64,000 bases of DNA from Balanoglossus misakiensis. Taxonomy: Eukaryota; Animalia; Hemichordata. Each line of letters opens with the position of its first letter. The stretch's first letter is position 1. This document shows positions 1 through 13,779 of the stretch, piece after piece. Location of the stretch: the NCBI GenBank assembly GCA_040954595.2, contig CM082584.2, positions 2,573,344-2,637,343 on the forward strand, read 5' to 3'. A program made the translations under genes and the position numbers. The notes under the pieces were generated by a model. That model saw only the letters and a program-made list of their open reading frames with translations. It was not told the origin of the DNA and searched no databases.

Positions 1-3000
1 ATATCAGGATATCATGGCTAACAGCAGAAATATGCAAGTTACCAGTTTAAATTTAAACTGCCACGATTTGAGAAAACACTAAGTGCTTCAGTTCAATGGT
101 TGAATTCCAGGAAAAATGTCAGTATTTCTACAGTATTTTTCTGCAACTAGTTGGCAAAAACTGCCTTTATCAAGGCAAATCCTACACACAGCACTTGACT
201 GTCAAGAGTGCCAAAGTAGCAATGTTGATGTTCTGCTTTTGAACAAGTACTATCAGAAACATATCAAAAGTCTTCCCTTCTCGACTGTTGAGGTAATTGA
301 AGATGCAATGGGAGAGATGCAACAACTACAAAATCCACATGAGACAAAGCTGACTGTCCCTCTTAAATCTACCGTAAGAACTGCCGGACAGCTATATCAG
401 CGAGTAGAGGAGTCATACAATAAAGTGTACTCAACACCTTTCAGTGAAGCGCTTCTCAAAGTTCCGGGGTTCAAGCTACAGACAAAAATCAGCAAAGAAC
501 AGAAAAAGAAAGACAGACGAGCACTTTATACTAATGTCAAGCAAAGCATCGAAAAATCCCACGCTAAAAATGACGGAGATTTAAAAACAATCCTAGGATC
601 CGGTCAGTCATTTGCTTGCTACGAATCATGTTGACGGTCTGTTGACTTTGAGTCTACCGATTCTGCCAAGAAGCGAGTAAATCGCCGTCTACAACTAGAA
701 TCCCTCAACAAGCTGACACCAAAAGACCATGTTGTAAAAACAGAGTCTGTTGAATAGGACAAAAGCTCATTTGTAAGTGAACTTTCCAATTATGATGCTG
801 GCAAGGTCAACTGGAGTAGCCTTGCGAGAAAGTACGGGCTAACAGCTGCAAATGGTGGCCAAATACTGAAAGAGTACGCAACCTCAGCTGGCATCGACAC
901 TGACAAGTTCAATATCAATAAGAAGGTTCAAGGTCGAGATTTTGTCAGAAGAGTACACCGTAAAACATTGAAAGGTCTTGGGGGAGGTGTCACTTCCTCA
1001 ACACCGACCAGCAAGAGCCCTGCAAGAAATATTGAAAACAAAAATAAGAAGTGGCGAAATCGACATCGGTGAATTAATAGCACCAAAAGAGTTCCAAAAG
1101 ATGACCATTGGAAAAGATGGCAAATTAAAAGAAGAAACTTATACAATCTACGCTAGAAAAATAAACTTACAGACAATCCGAAAACGAGAGCTTGACAGAC
1201 AAATTAAGCTTGGTGTTCTGAGAAGCCATGTTTATGGGTATGACGACGGTCATTACCAAAACCTAGAAGAAAAAGAAATAAGGGATGAGCTACAAAGAAT
1301 ACACGAGTTGAAAGAAGGAGAAACCATCGATGAAATGCGCAGTAAATTAAAAAGACTACATCACTCACGGCACTTCAAAATATGGCATGACCACAGTACT
1401 GTAGGCAACCATTCCCACATTGTCTTCATGGTGAGCTGGATATACGACGCGGCAACATATCTGACAAATGAGGAGTACTTGGAGAAACACGGAAAAAAGT
1501 AAACGTTGACTCGCTTGTTGAGAAGCCACATCTATATATAATGGGACGATCCAACTCCAATGACGTTGATCAGCTGTCATATGTTGAAACCAGAGTAGAA
1601 GATCTAAAATGTTTAACAGGACCAATAACATCCGACGAAGGTTCCAGGGAATACACAGATGTCCACCGATTTTTTCATGGCGATGGACCGGCACAGGAGT
1701 TTGAGGATTAGCACCAGAAAGGAGGTCACTACCAGTGCATCTGTGGAATAGAGTCAAGAAGACATGATGATCTGTCTGCATGTTACCATCTGAAATATCT
1801 GTCAATAGATGAGAAACGTAACTTGTTAATCAAGGGCAGCCCAATATGGAGAGAAAAGTCACGGCAAACTCCCCATCCATTTGCCAACCTAACAGTGGCC
1901 GACCTTAGGAGAGAGCTTGATGCTAGGGGTGAAGAAACTGAAGGATTAAAGAAGCCAGACTTACAATCTAAACTCTCTGAAATTTTACATGGTATGCAGA
2001 GAGTACCAGCACTGCTCCATCTCACTCCAGAATATAATCTTGCTGAAATAAACTGCTCTGCATATGAAATTTTGCCATCAGAGCCACTCCATGACCTGAA
2101 GGGACACATCCACAATGTGTTAGAAGAAATTCCAGCACAAACCAAGGATAAAGAAGAAGCAGTAAAGTTACAGAACTTTATTCAGGCAACATATGGTGGT
2201 AAAGACGAAATTCGGGGATGCGATGCACGCAAAGCTATCCTTCTGGTGTCCCAGTATCTTCACGAGAACAACATAAATACTGAGCATGGTCAGCTTATTG
2301 ACACGCTTGCTGAAATAAGCGAAACTGCTTATAAACATGACAATGACAGATGCCCACGACTGATTCTGCGATTGTATAACACTGTATTTTTGCATGGAAT
2401 ATTGTGCAAAAGGGTATTTGAGAAGCCAAAGAAACTTACCAAACGAAAGATGTTCGGGCGGTATTTCCATAACATCACCGTCCATCTACCTGATCAACTG
2501 AGATTGGTTTCTCTGAGGTCAACAAATGCTGAAAACCAGGAGCGAGTTTTCAATCGAATACGGAGAGTGACGAAAACAACTTCCTCCAAGCGTCCAGGTG
2601 GTATCATAGGTAACGCCATGATACGTCTAGGTGCAGAAGAAGAGATGACAAAAGAAAGAGATCCATCACAAATTATAGAATCTGAAATTAGCAAAATTGG
2701 AAAGCAGCTCCCAAAACGTCAGAATACAGTAATCCCTGAGGACGAAATACTGCGACGACCAACACTACTGCAAAGCCACTATGAAAGGATTGCAGATTTC
2801 TTGCTGCCAGGAGAAGGTGCATTGTGGCAGAGACATGAGGAAGCAATAGAGTTTTTAACTCTGATACCCAGGATGATTTCAAGGTATCTGCAGTGCAATT
2901 TAGTCCCAAATATTTTAACTCACACTTTTATTTCTTTTCAATAACAATTAATGTTGATTATATGCAGACATAATACAACAGATTGCATGGTGTTTTGGGA

Positions 3001-3180
3001 CAGGAAAAACTAATCTAAAATATAGTATCAAAGCATCAAAAATTACATCTATACATGCCCTGTCTTTTTCATGGAACTTTTCTGTCAAGCAGGTTCTGTT
3101 ATTTTTTGTGACGAGCAACCTCCATTTTTACAAATAATAGAACTATTCTCGGATATCCCACATGTTTTATGGCTTTCTAA

Positions 3181-3525
3181 AAAGGTCTCTCACTCGCTGC
3201 CCTTTTTCTTTTTGTGTTTGATACAAAACACCATTTATGTTAATGTACATGTGTATATGTAGTGAATGAACGTTCAACCACACACAAGTTCCACCATGCT
3301 TGTATATGAGAGTAAAAACTCGCCCAAAATGAATAAATGGTAGAGACCGATTGTTCATTTTGGCAAGGTTTTTCACTCTCGTGTCTACAAGCGGGATGGA
3401 AGGTGTGTGTGGTTGAATGTTCATTCAGTATATATCCACATGTACATTAACATAAACAGTGTCTTGAATGAAACATAATATTAATGGGAAAAGGGCAGCG
3501 AGAGAGAGAGACTTTGTCCCTTTAA
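3181..3525. mobile_element. Fold-back MITE ending GTCCCT-TTAA (Kolobok/T2-like non-autonomous family)
   Basis: Long imperfect inverted arms (~3190-3290 vs ~3405-3510). Related copies at ~26230-26488, ~36971-37175 and ~59770-59890 share TTAAAGGGACAAAGTCTCTCT ends. Confidence 0.65.
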
Positions 3526-3706
3526 CAGCTTGCAAATCCTTATTTATTTTGGAAAATTCTATTGTAAAAATTGTCCAAGATTATAGTACTTACATTAACC
3601 ATTGGTGTTGTGTGTAAACTGTTATATAAAGAATGTTTGATCAATCTCCTTACCTGTTTATTTCTATAGGAACCAGGACCTCATCTGCATCATTTCCGGT
3701 CATAAT

Positions 3707-3850
3707 TGTAATGTATGTTACTTTGAATGCCTTGTACATTACTATCTGTAATACTGCCCTCTATGTTGACTTATGGTAATAAAGTGAGTTGCCTCGTTTT
3801 GGCACTCTGTTGACTAGACTTCATGGCGTACGGAGTTCCAATACAACACA
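3707..3850 (+). repeat. 5' LTR
   Basis: Direct repeat of 17816-17959; begins TGTAAT, ends ACACA, contains AATAAA. Confidence 0.97.
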
Positions 3851-3863
3851 TGGTGTCAGAAGT
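3851..3863 (+). promoter_or_regulatory. Primer-binding site of the Gypsy element (probably tRNA-Leu)
   Basis: TGGTGTCAGAAGT immediately after the 5' LTR; TGG pairs with the tRNA CCA end. tRNA identity is from recall, not searched. Confidence 0.8.
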
Positions 3864-3871
3864 TGAGGAAA

Positions 3872-5173
3872 ATGGCTCAATCCAACATTCAACTGAAACC
3901 TCCAGCACATCTAAGCCTAGATGGTAACGTTGCGCAAAACTGGAAGGAGTTTCGTCGCAGTTTGGAAACGTTCGCCACGGCAGCAGAACTGGACAAAAAA
4001 GAAGAGGCCGTACAAGTCGCCACATTTCTACATGTAGCTGGTACCGCTGCGCGGCAAGTCTTCGACACGTTCGAGTTCGCTGATCCCAGAGATGAACACA
4101 AAATCGATCCAGTCATCGAAAAGTTCGCCGGTTATTGTGAGCCAAGAAAAAACATAACCGTAAACCGTTATTTATTCAACTCAAGACAACAGAAAATCAA
4201 CGAGTCGTTCACGGACTATTTGACGTCATTACGCACGTTGCTCAAAGACTGCAGTTTACCCCAAGATTTGGCGGATGAATTTCTTCGTGATCGCATAGTG
4301 TGTGGAATCAGAGATGAGAAAGTCCGAGAAAGACTTCTACGAACTGACGACCTCACACTGCAGAATGCAGTCAACACCTGCAAAGCAGCAGAACTATCCG
4401 CAGATCAGATGAGATCACTCTCTTTCATCGATAACGATAGTCCAGTTGATGTACACGACGTCAAGCGTGCAGGCGGTAAACAGTCACGTGGTAAGTCCCA
4501 CCAGAAGTTTACGCGTCGACCTCCCGCGGGGAATAGGCAATCTCCGAACAGGCAGTGTCCGAACTGTCCCTATGAACACGATTCTAGAAAATGCCCAGCA
4601 TATGGCAAAACATGCCGGAAATGCGGAAAACCAAACCACTTTGCAAGTAAGTGTAGAGGTACTGCCCAGCGTACCAACAACCGTTGTGCCAGCCCCACAA
4701 CACAACATCCTGCCCAGCAGTCGATGTCACGAGCCAGGTCAAGCCAGCACCCACGTAGCCAGCGTGCAGTGAAAGCAGTTACGCATGCAGATAGCAGTGA
4801 TGAAGACATCGCACTGTTCACTATTGACACTCTAACTGTCAGAACCCTTGAAACTGAAACTGATAGCAGATCAAAAGACTGGTCTCAAAGTTGTCGCATT
4901 GGAGACACCAATGTATCCTTCAAACTAGATAGTGGTTCACAAGTTGATATTATTCCAGTGTCTGTATTGAAATCTTTGGTACCTAAGCACACTCATTTGA
5001 AGCGTTCACAAATCACTTTGAAATCATACAGCAATCATGTGATTAAGCCCATTGGCCAAGTCCAGCTCAAAGTGAAAGTAAATACACAAGGTGTGAATGG
5101 CAAAATCACACAGAGTAGGCCCATCCCCATCACATTTCAAGTTGTTACAGGTAATGTTGTACCCATCCTTGGT
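3872..5173 (+). CDS. gag: Gypsy gag-protease (5' part of a single gag-pol ORF)
   Basis: Gag core (LRDRIVCGIRD), double zinc knuckle CPNCPYEH..CPAYGKTCRKCGKPNHFASKC, aspartic protease FKLDSGS; interrupted at ILG by the inserted transposon. Confidence 0.93.
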
Positions 5174-5289
5174 TATGGAAAGCCATGACTGTCTTAGGGA
5201 GTCTTTTCCCACCCAATAATGTGCATTGGCACTATCATGATACCCATATACATTTTTATGACGACCATTTATATTTCTTGATGACCAAT

Positions 5290-6290
5290 CACTTTATGAT
5301 GATGCCCGTTCACCTTGTTGTGATGTCCAATTGCATCATGATGATGGCCATTTACCTTGTGGTGATGTCCATTCACCTTGCTATGACGTCCACTTACATT
5401 GTGCTGATGGTTATTTACCTTATGGCGATGGCCATTTACCTTATGAAGATGTCCACTTACCTTATGATGATGGTCATTTACGTTATGATGGTCATTAACC
5501 TTATGATGATGGTCTTTTACCTTATGATGATGGCCATTTACCTTATGATGATGGTTATTTACATTATGATGATGGTCATTTACCTTATGATGATGGTCTT
5601 TTACCTTATGATGATGGTTATTTACATTATGATGATGGTCATTTACCTTATGATGATAGTTATTTACATTATGATGATGGTCATTTACCTTATGATGATG
5701 GTTATTTACATTATGATGATGGTCATTTACCTTATGATGATGGTTATTTACATTATGATGATGGTCATTTACCTTATGATGATGGTCATTTACCTTATGA
5801 TGATGGTCATTTACCTTATGATGATGGTTATTTACATTATGATGATGGTCATTTACCTTATGATGATGGTCTTTTACCTTATGATGATGGTCATTTACCT
5901 TATGATGATGGTTATTTACATTATGATGATGGTCATTTACCTTATGATGATGGTCTTTTACCTTATGATGATGGTCATTTACCTTATGATGATGGTTATT
6001 TACATTATGATGATGGTCATTTACCTTATGATGATGGTCTTTTACCTTATGATGATGGTCATTTACCTTATGATGATGGTCTTTTACCTTATGATGATGG
6101 TCTTTTACCTTATGATGGTGGTTTTTTACATTATGATGATGGTCATTTACCTTATGATGGTGGTTTTTTACATTATGATGATGGTCATTTACCTTATTAT
6201 GAGTCATTTACCTTATGATGATGGTCATTTACATTATGATGATGTCCATTTGCACCATTGTGATGCACAAATACACTATGATAATGATTA
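5290..6290. repeat. Left subterminal 21-bp minisatellite (ATGATGATGGTCATTTACCTT)
   Basis: Roughly 45 tandem 21-bp units directly inside the left TIR; explains the Met-rich and His-rich spurious ORFs. Confidence 0.95.
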
Positions 6291-6395
6291 GCTTATTTAA
6301 ATGTACATTTTCAGTGATTCATAATTTTACCACTGGATGCATATCCCATAATACAATGCTGTGAGCATGCTCAGAGCATACATATACCCTTCAAT

Positions 6396-7754
6396 ATGGC
6401 GTTGGCAATGTCAGATATCCTGAACAGATTACAACTGAGTCATCTTGCACCAAACTTTGACCGAGAATTAATTACACCTGATCTGGTGAGCAAACTCAAT
6501 GTTTTTGAGCTTGAGAGCCTCGGAATGCAGAATAGAAGTGACATGATGGCACTTCGTGTAGCCTGCACTACTTATGGGGGAAGAGCTCCAAGAAGGCAGC
6601 TTGGTGACGATGGTGGTGCTCCCCAGTTTGTCATTCCCCGAAGTCTTTTGCAAAACTTTCTGCAAGATTTCACAATAAAAGAAATTGCATCAATGCTTGC
6701 AGTTTCTGAAAGCACAGTTTACCGGAGGATGCAAATTTATGGACTATCAAAACTGAATTTTACGGACATTTCAGATGATGACCTTGATTCAGAGACAAAG
6801 AAACTTACCAGTGAATTCCCATATTGTGGTGAGAAAATGTTGAGAGAATTGCTTCGTGAAAAGGGAGTACATGTTCAAAGGATGCGTCTGCGAGATAGTA
6901 TTCACCGTGTTGATTCTGACGGTGTATCTTCCAGGAGTAGAGGTCGATTGCAAAGGCGTGTTTACAATGTACAAGGACCAAACCATCTATGGCATATTGA
7001 CACCAACCATAAACTTATCAGATGGCATTTCATCATATTTGGTTGCATCGACGGTTTCAGCAGACTACCAACAGTTTTAACTTGTACAGATAACAACCAA
7101 GCCAGCACTCTGTTGCAGAGCTTTAAGACTGGTGTTCAAATGTATGGCCTTCCCAGTAGGGTAAGATCTGACATGGGGATGGAGAATGTGGAAATTGCAG
7201 ATTATATGATTGGTGCGAGAGGTGAGGGAAGAGGAAGTATGATAACTGGTAGAAGCGTCCACAATCAACGTATTGAACGATTGTGGAAAGATGTGTACGA
7301 TGGTGTTATCAGCCTTTATTCCCAGATCTTCTATTTCCTTGAGGAAAATGAGCTGCTCAATCCCCTTGATGAAAAACACATTGCTGTTCTCCATTATGTG
7401 TATATGCCCAAAATTCGGGAAAAGTTGGAGTTGTGGAGACAGGCATGGGCTCATCACAGGATGCGTACTACAAGGTCAACCCCACTTCATTTATGGCTTT
7501 CTGGCCAATGGCAGACAGCAACTGGTCTTGAGATTACTGATCCGGTACACTATGGTGTGGAGGGTGAGACTGACACCAACAGAGATGTTGAGGACACCCG
7601 ACCAATTATTGATTCAGTTGCTTTCCAATTTAATCAGACATGTATTGATGAACTTGCCACAAGAATACCCTCTGATTGGGTTTCCAATAATCATGGCATT
7701 GACATTTACTGCCAAGCTCTTGAAATAGTAGAATCATCAGTAAGCATAACATAA
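6396..7754 (+). CDS. IS3-like DDE transposase (integrase core) with N-terminal SAM-like domain and HTH
   Basis: Intact 452-aa ORF: SAM-like N-terminus, HTH ([19 protein letters not shown]), [53 protein letters not shown]. Confidence 0.92.
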   Translation: MALAMSDILNRLQLSHLAPNFDRELITPDLVSKLNVFELESLGMQNRSDMMALRVACTTYGGRAPRRQLGDDGGAPQFVIPRSLLQNFLQDFTIKEIASMLAVSESTVYRRMQIYGLSKLNFTDISDDDLDSETKKLTSEFPYCGEKMLRELLREKGVHVQRMRLRDSIHRVDSDGVSSRSRGRLQRRVYNVQGPNHLWHIDTNHKLIRWHFIIFGCIDGFSRLPTVLTCTDNNQASTLLQSFKTGVQMYGLPSRVRSDMGMENVEIADYMIGARGEGRGSMITGRSVHNQRIERLWKDVYDGVISLYSQIFYFLEENELLNPLDEKHIAVLHYVYMPKIREKLELWRQAWAHHRMRTTRSTPLHLWLSGQWQTATGLEITDPVHYGVEGETDTNRDVEDTRPIIDSVAFQFNQTCIDELATRIPSDWVSNNHGIDIYCQALEIVESSVSIT

Positions 7755-8400
7755 AATGATGTATGCAGCTGAAACTTGTTTGTCAGAATGACACATACAT
7801 CATGTATTTCATAAAAGCCATGAATTTTTCAGCCCCTCACCCCCACCGCGCAGATACCAGTGCCCCATATTAAGTGGATGACAAAAAATTGTTACAAAAT
7901 TTGACATACATTTAGCGGCTGTTTTTTGCCAAATTATTTTTTAAGATTTTGCAAAAGAATGGTATGCACCACAGCCCATAAATAAATGTGTAAAGATATA
8001 TGGATAAAACTACAAGTGTGATCTGTTATTTTTTATTGGTACAGGTGTGAATTAACCTGCTAGTCTAAAGGGAATCATTGACAAGTCTAATTTTTTAAAA
8101 ACAGATACTTTTGGAATAAGTAAACTAGGGAAGGTCAGATTATTACTTATATACTGACATTTGCTTGAACTGGACCACATGTGTGACGTTGGTTTTGCAC
8201 TGTGCACTTGCTGCAGCTCGTGCGGGGACAGCCGCAGAACACACCACCAGCAATTGTGCAGATACCTCCGGTAATGTCACGCTTTGAAAATCTGGCCATA
8301 GGGTTCTGTCATATTACTTTGCATAATGTCATTTCATGAAAACAAGGCAATGCTGAATTTGTGCGATCTTCCTAAAAATATGTACTTTGAATCACTGTCA

Positions 8401-8620
8401 CTATGTGACCTTAAATCGTTTTACTTCCATTGGTATGGGGTTGTTAAAATCCAACGTTTTCAGATATGAAACGTGAAAAATGTTGCTTGTAAAAGTCACT
8501 TTCATAATTCAGAGTTATAAAAGTGACTTTTACAAGTGACATTTTTCATGTTTCATTTCTCAAAAGTTGAAGTTTAACAACCCCATTCCAAAGAAAGTAC
8601 AACGATTTAAGGTCACATAG
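8401..8620. repeat. Imperfect palindrome, ~110-bp arms
   Basis: CTATGTGACCTTAAATCGTT...AAAAGTCACTTT is mirrored by AAAAGTGACTTTT...AACGATTTAAGGTCACATAG. Confidence 0.8.
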
Positions 8621-9074
8621 GGGTCATGAAAAAGGCCTATTGCATATCCTTTTACATCTTTTTGTCTACAGTTGGGGATGGCATGGTCTGACACCATTAA
8701 CATTACAATACTAAGACTGTGCTCCACAAACATTCAGGAACTGTAAATAAAAAACAAGTAAATACAGTAAGGTCAAACTGGGGTCATGTTAATGGCTACT
8801 GGATACTGGATTTTGTAAGTACTGTTTAGTAGGGAAAAACACGACTTTAAAACAATTAACTACTGTTTTGAACAATTCAATGCCGTCTGGTAACACACTT
8901 TTGTTAAATTTTTACCAATATTTTGCTGACATTGTGTTAACATTGTGAAATAAAAATGGTGTAGCAGAAAAAACAACACTTTCGAACAATTAACACAATA
9001 CTTTCCTGAACAATTCACAAAAATGTTCACTCTTAGTACACACTTTCCAGTCTCATGCATAACTTTACTAGCAG

Positions 9075-12000
9075 TTACACATTACCAAAGTATGCACTTG
9101 AAAATGCCATGTCATATAAAGCAAAGAGTTCATCTACAGGCGGAATGTCAGTGATAGCATCAGGTCGGGGTAGCTGCATAACATTTCCACAGGTATTGGC
9201 AGTAGGTAGAAATGAATTCACCACTTCAGTAAACACAATGGATGGATGGAGCTCATAACCTAACACAGGTTCTTCATCTGCACAGGTAACAAACTGCAAA
9301 ATATGGTTCAGGGTCAATGGTTCTCTCCTTCCACCTACAGAGTAATAAGATTTTAAGAAAATTTTACCTGATTAATACACAGGAAAACCAATGAACCAGT
9401 ACATATGTGTGTGGGGGGGGTGAGTGTGTGTGTGAGAGAGGGAGAGAGACAGACAGAGAACAAAGATGGAGAGACAGGAAGAAGGAGGGAGATGGAGGGA
9501 TGAAACATGATGGGGGAAAGAGGAAGGGGGGGGGAGAGAGAGACCAATACATCGATCCCGAAACAGTAGCTAAAAATGCTAATCAAAGTTTTCATATTCC
9601 CTCAAAAACAATCACTATAGACACAAGCAACTTACCTGCCACTTCTGTGAGGTATTTTGAGAAGGCTGCATAGATTTTATTCTCAAACTGTCGATGATTA
9701 GATCCATCAGGGGAAAAATTTGGATCCAACAAAGAGACCAGTTTTTTTTTAGTCAGTCTTGCAGCAGGGCTGTTCCGCAGAAGATGTACAAGTGTTGGAA
9801 TGTGCTTCAAAAGCTGCCATATGAAAGAAAGAAGATATATTTATTTATTGGTAGACAAATGAGAACAACTCATATTTACAGGCTCCATTTAACAGTGGTC
9901 AACAGAATATAGCTCACTGAATGTATCTTTTCCATAATTTTCATCATTTCATTATTGGCTCTAGATATCAAACACAATGGTGCATGACTGGTTTAAGAAA
10001 AAGGCAGTAAATGTTTTTATAAGACAAAAATGCTTGTATTGACTTATACTTCAGCAACCACCAACATTTAATACCAAAACATTTAATTTAGTCCAGATGT
10101 GCTTGTCTTACCTTGCACAATCCCAAAACATTCAAACCCTTCCGAAGTTCTCTAATACACGCGTTGGATTCATCAGAGTTCCCATGGATAAGCTCAGTCA
10201 GAATTTCTTCACTCATGAATACTGGTAATTTACCATTCTGCATGATGCTGAGTGCTAACCATGGTTGAACAGAAAAACAATGAAAGTATGGAAAACATGA
10301 ATTTCAGAACATTCCCTGATATCAATTGATGGGTTTACTTACCCATTATTACACCCACTAAGTAGTAATCATCAGATAAATGCATCTTTAATCCTGCATC
10401 AAAATATTTTTCTTTAATCTGCAGCAATGCTAGTCTAAAAAATTCCTTCCTTGGCCCGCCATAATCCTGTGCTTTCTACAAAGGAAACATAAAGGAGCTA
10501 TACCATTATTTATGATTATGTGGAACTTTCATTACATTCGGTAACAGGTTAGTCATCATAGTCCCAGCTAAATTTAAAGGAATATGGCCCTGGTATGTCT
10601 GAAAATTTTTTGAACAGACAGACGCACAGACAGTACAATCTCTAAGTCAAATGGTCATGAGATAAAGTGTGAGGGAATGTCTGTACTTTGTCCAACTGTT
10701 TGTTTTTGATGCATTTAAAAAAACAGAAAATGATAGTTAGCAATGTTCACGATCCAACAAATATGGCTTTCTTTACATACAATGTGCATATTTTAAATAT
10801 TGCTTTTGACCCTGAGTATTAAGGATGTACGAGGTAAAATTGAAAGTACTGTCCTATAGAAATCATCGACTTTCAGATTCTTCTTCACAGGTATAATTAA
10901 AATGTTTAATAAAATATTGGGGTTGTTTGTGAGATACAAGACCATGAATTTAAATGGGAGAGGCCCGGCACTGTGGGCACACAATAGGCAACGTCACAGT
11001 GAAGTTCGTCATTCGCAAACAATGGGTGGGATCCTTATACACTTGTGTAATCGTTGGCAGCATGAAAATACACGTTCTTTGAGTAAACTCACACGTTTTT
11101 TGCACCTTTTTTCGACATAACCGTAGTCGCTATGTATTCACAGATGTCATATGTAAGACTCAAGCAAATCACATTCTTTTCATATTTGTTTGCTAATGTT
11201 TGGGCCAAGAAACAAAGAGCAAGCTACTGACAACCACCACTCTGGGCCGACAAAAATGACTGGTCCTTTACCTCATCATAGAATCCAACTTCAAGGGTTA
11301 AGCGGAAGTCTTCGATTTCTCCAATCTCATCAAACGCAGTCTTCAAAAGATTGCTCCGATCAACTAGTATGTAGTTTGTTTCACCTTCCTCACAAGACAC
11401 CAGTGATGTTGTATCTAACTTCCGGCCTTTCAGCAATTTACTCTGATAATAACGCAATACTTCAACTGGGTCAGAAATGTTGTTTTGTTGACAGTATTCA
11501 ACAGCATCCTGTACAAGTGAATCAACAGAAATCTCTTCTGCTTCTCCAGATTCACCCTGCCCAGCAGAATCTACATTCTGTAGTTGTTCACTATCATTTC
11601 TTGTAACTTCTACTGCTGGTATTTCTGAGGTAATCTGCACACAAAACGGGAGAAAATGGCTTGCCTTACAAATGTAAACTTTAAAAAGATGAACAAAGTT
11701 GACTAGACTGGCTTTGGGATACAGGGCCACCCACCACTTTTGCTTACAAATTATCAAACCATAAGGGTTTCTAGGCAACAACAGACTGCAACTTCGATAC
11801 CCAAAGGATGATTATATTTGTGGGTATGGACATGGCATAGCATAGATGCTTCAACCCTTTCACCACCATGGTTCAGTCCAAAACCATTGTTTTCTATGGT
11901 AAGTTTCGATCTCTAAAGAGGGAACTAGGGGTGAAAGGGTTAAACAGCCACAATTCAATTCTTTACTATGCAACTAACTACAATACTCACAATAGCGCCC

Positions 12001-13677
12001 TCTACAAGAAATGCAGCATAGCACTAATAAAGCAATAACCTCCACCAAAGGCGGGTAATGCACAATATATTTGTACAGCTCATGACATATACTAGTAGCA
12101 CTCGCCTGTCGGCTTGTGCTATATGGAGCAAACTGTACCAAAATCGTGTGTATACCTGACTTCAGTGTGGGTTATTGCTATTATATTAAATCAAAATATG
12201 TGTCTATGCAAATTCAGACTTATTCTGAGAAATAGGTCGTCAGAAATTTTTGGCCCAGGACTGAGCATATTTTGATGCCTGGCACATCACCAACGCACAC
12301 ACTGCAAGTTGCATGTACATAACTATTCGCACCATGCTAGTTCAGGGGCGCGTTTTACCACTGCCAGCCGTGGTAAAACAGTACTAGTATTCTAGCACCG
12401 TTGTTGTCCAATCAGAACGCGGATGGCAGCATGATATAATATATTTACCAATTTGTAAAAAATAATGTTTACCAGCAATAATTAGACTATATAAATAATA
12501 AGACGAAGTACATATGCATAAGGGCTGTGCAGTTAAAGCTATTTCTAAATGACTCTAAAAAGTAGCAAAAACGGCAGGAAATACAAAGGTATGCTCAGTC
12601 ACTCAAACATGAAACCGAAACCGAATCTTAACCACCACTAACTTCAGTGTCGAGTAGTAGTAGCATGCATAGCACTCTTTGCGAAACATTACAATAAAAG
12701 TCAATCTGGCTCTAGGGGGAAAAATAACATTTACGTCATCTCACCTGTCCATCTTCAGCAGCCAAATCATAAGTCTCCAATTCCCGTGGTTCACGTTCAG
12801 TCTCAGGGGTAGGCGGGCTAAATGGTGCTGGTGGCAGATCTAGATCTTCACTTTCAGAGTCTGAGCTTACAATGTTTACACATCCCAACATGTGTTCCCG
12901 GAGTTCCAATATCGGGAAGGTTTCTTGACATCCCTTGCACGTTTCCGTGATATTGCTGGTTTGGGCAGGAGTAACTGGAGTAGTATTTAAGTTTTTCTGT
13001 ATTGGCCTCAGATAAATTTTGGCCTGCGGCCCAATGCGAATCTTCAGCTCTTCGACTGACCAAATACATCTAATTACACATAAGTCTCGACCGTTTCCGG
13101 TACACTGCAAAATCTCAAACCCACCACAGTTTTGTAACTTCGGAAAGGTACTTTCTATTTTGGCCATCACTTCCTTCTCATCGTCGTCTACAGAAAACTG
13201 AATTTTTCTCGCACCTAGCCCAGCGCTCTGAAGCAAATGTCTTTCAGCTGGTCGCGGTACCTTTTCCGCATATCGATCGGCCAAGCAAACACAAGTGATC
13301 GTGAAAGTACGGCGACTTTTCTTTGAAGTTGCACGGCTGGTAGATGTCGGACCACCATGTCTTCTTCTCCGAATGCGAGCCATACGAGCCCCTCTGTCAG
13401 GGTGAAAGAGCAGGCGCCTCTCAGCACTCACACCAGCACGACTAGTTGAAGGGCCCGCGGAAGCAAAATCATCTGTACTCGGACTGTTAGCACTGTCAGT
13501 GTCAGCCTCGTATTTTTGACACATTTCACGAAGTCTAATTCTGTCTCCGATGGTTATGACTCCTAACCTATTGAGATCCACATCCTGCAAAGACTGTACG
13601 ACTTCTGGGGTGACTCTCTGTTGTAAGAATCGTGGGGTTAGAGACCCCAGAGACAATTCTCTCAGAATTATGTCCAT
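9075..13677 (-). CDS. Transposon-borne HECT-type E3 ubiquitin ligase (G2E3-like) with N-terminal SAM-like domain and C2HC zinc finger; six exons, ~669 aa
   Basis: Exons 13677-12745, 11634-11272, 10475-10343, 10254-10112, 9813-9636, 9334-9075 with GT-AG sites sum to 2010 nt in frame. Motifs: VDRSNLL..AFDEI, LEVGFYDE-KAQDYGGPRKEFF, ILQFVTC, LPTANTCGNVMQLP (catalytic Cys), C-terminal YFGNV; CKGC..HMLGC finger. Confidence 0.85.
11852..11944. mobile_element. Short piggyBac-like MITE
   Basis: TCAA-CCCTTTCACC ... GGTGAAAGGG-TTAA inverted ends, in an intron of the HECT gene. Confidence 0.55.
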
Positions 13678-13779
13678 CGTGTGCGATTAACGGGCGCGCG
13701 CGAACTTTCTCGAGCTTTCTGCTGGCTTAGGTCATCACAAATGCGCATGTCTAAAATCTCGCATGGGATTGTGGGAAAT

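Noticed and set aside
5185-6291. Met-rich and His-rich long ORFs (also 13668-14659)
   Set aside because: They are translations of the 21-bp subterminal minisatellites, open in several frames, with no protein-like complexity.
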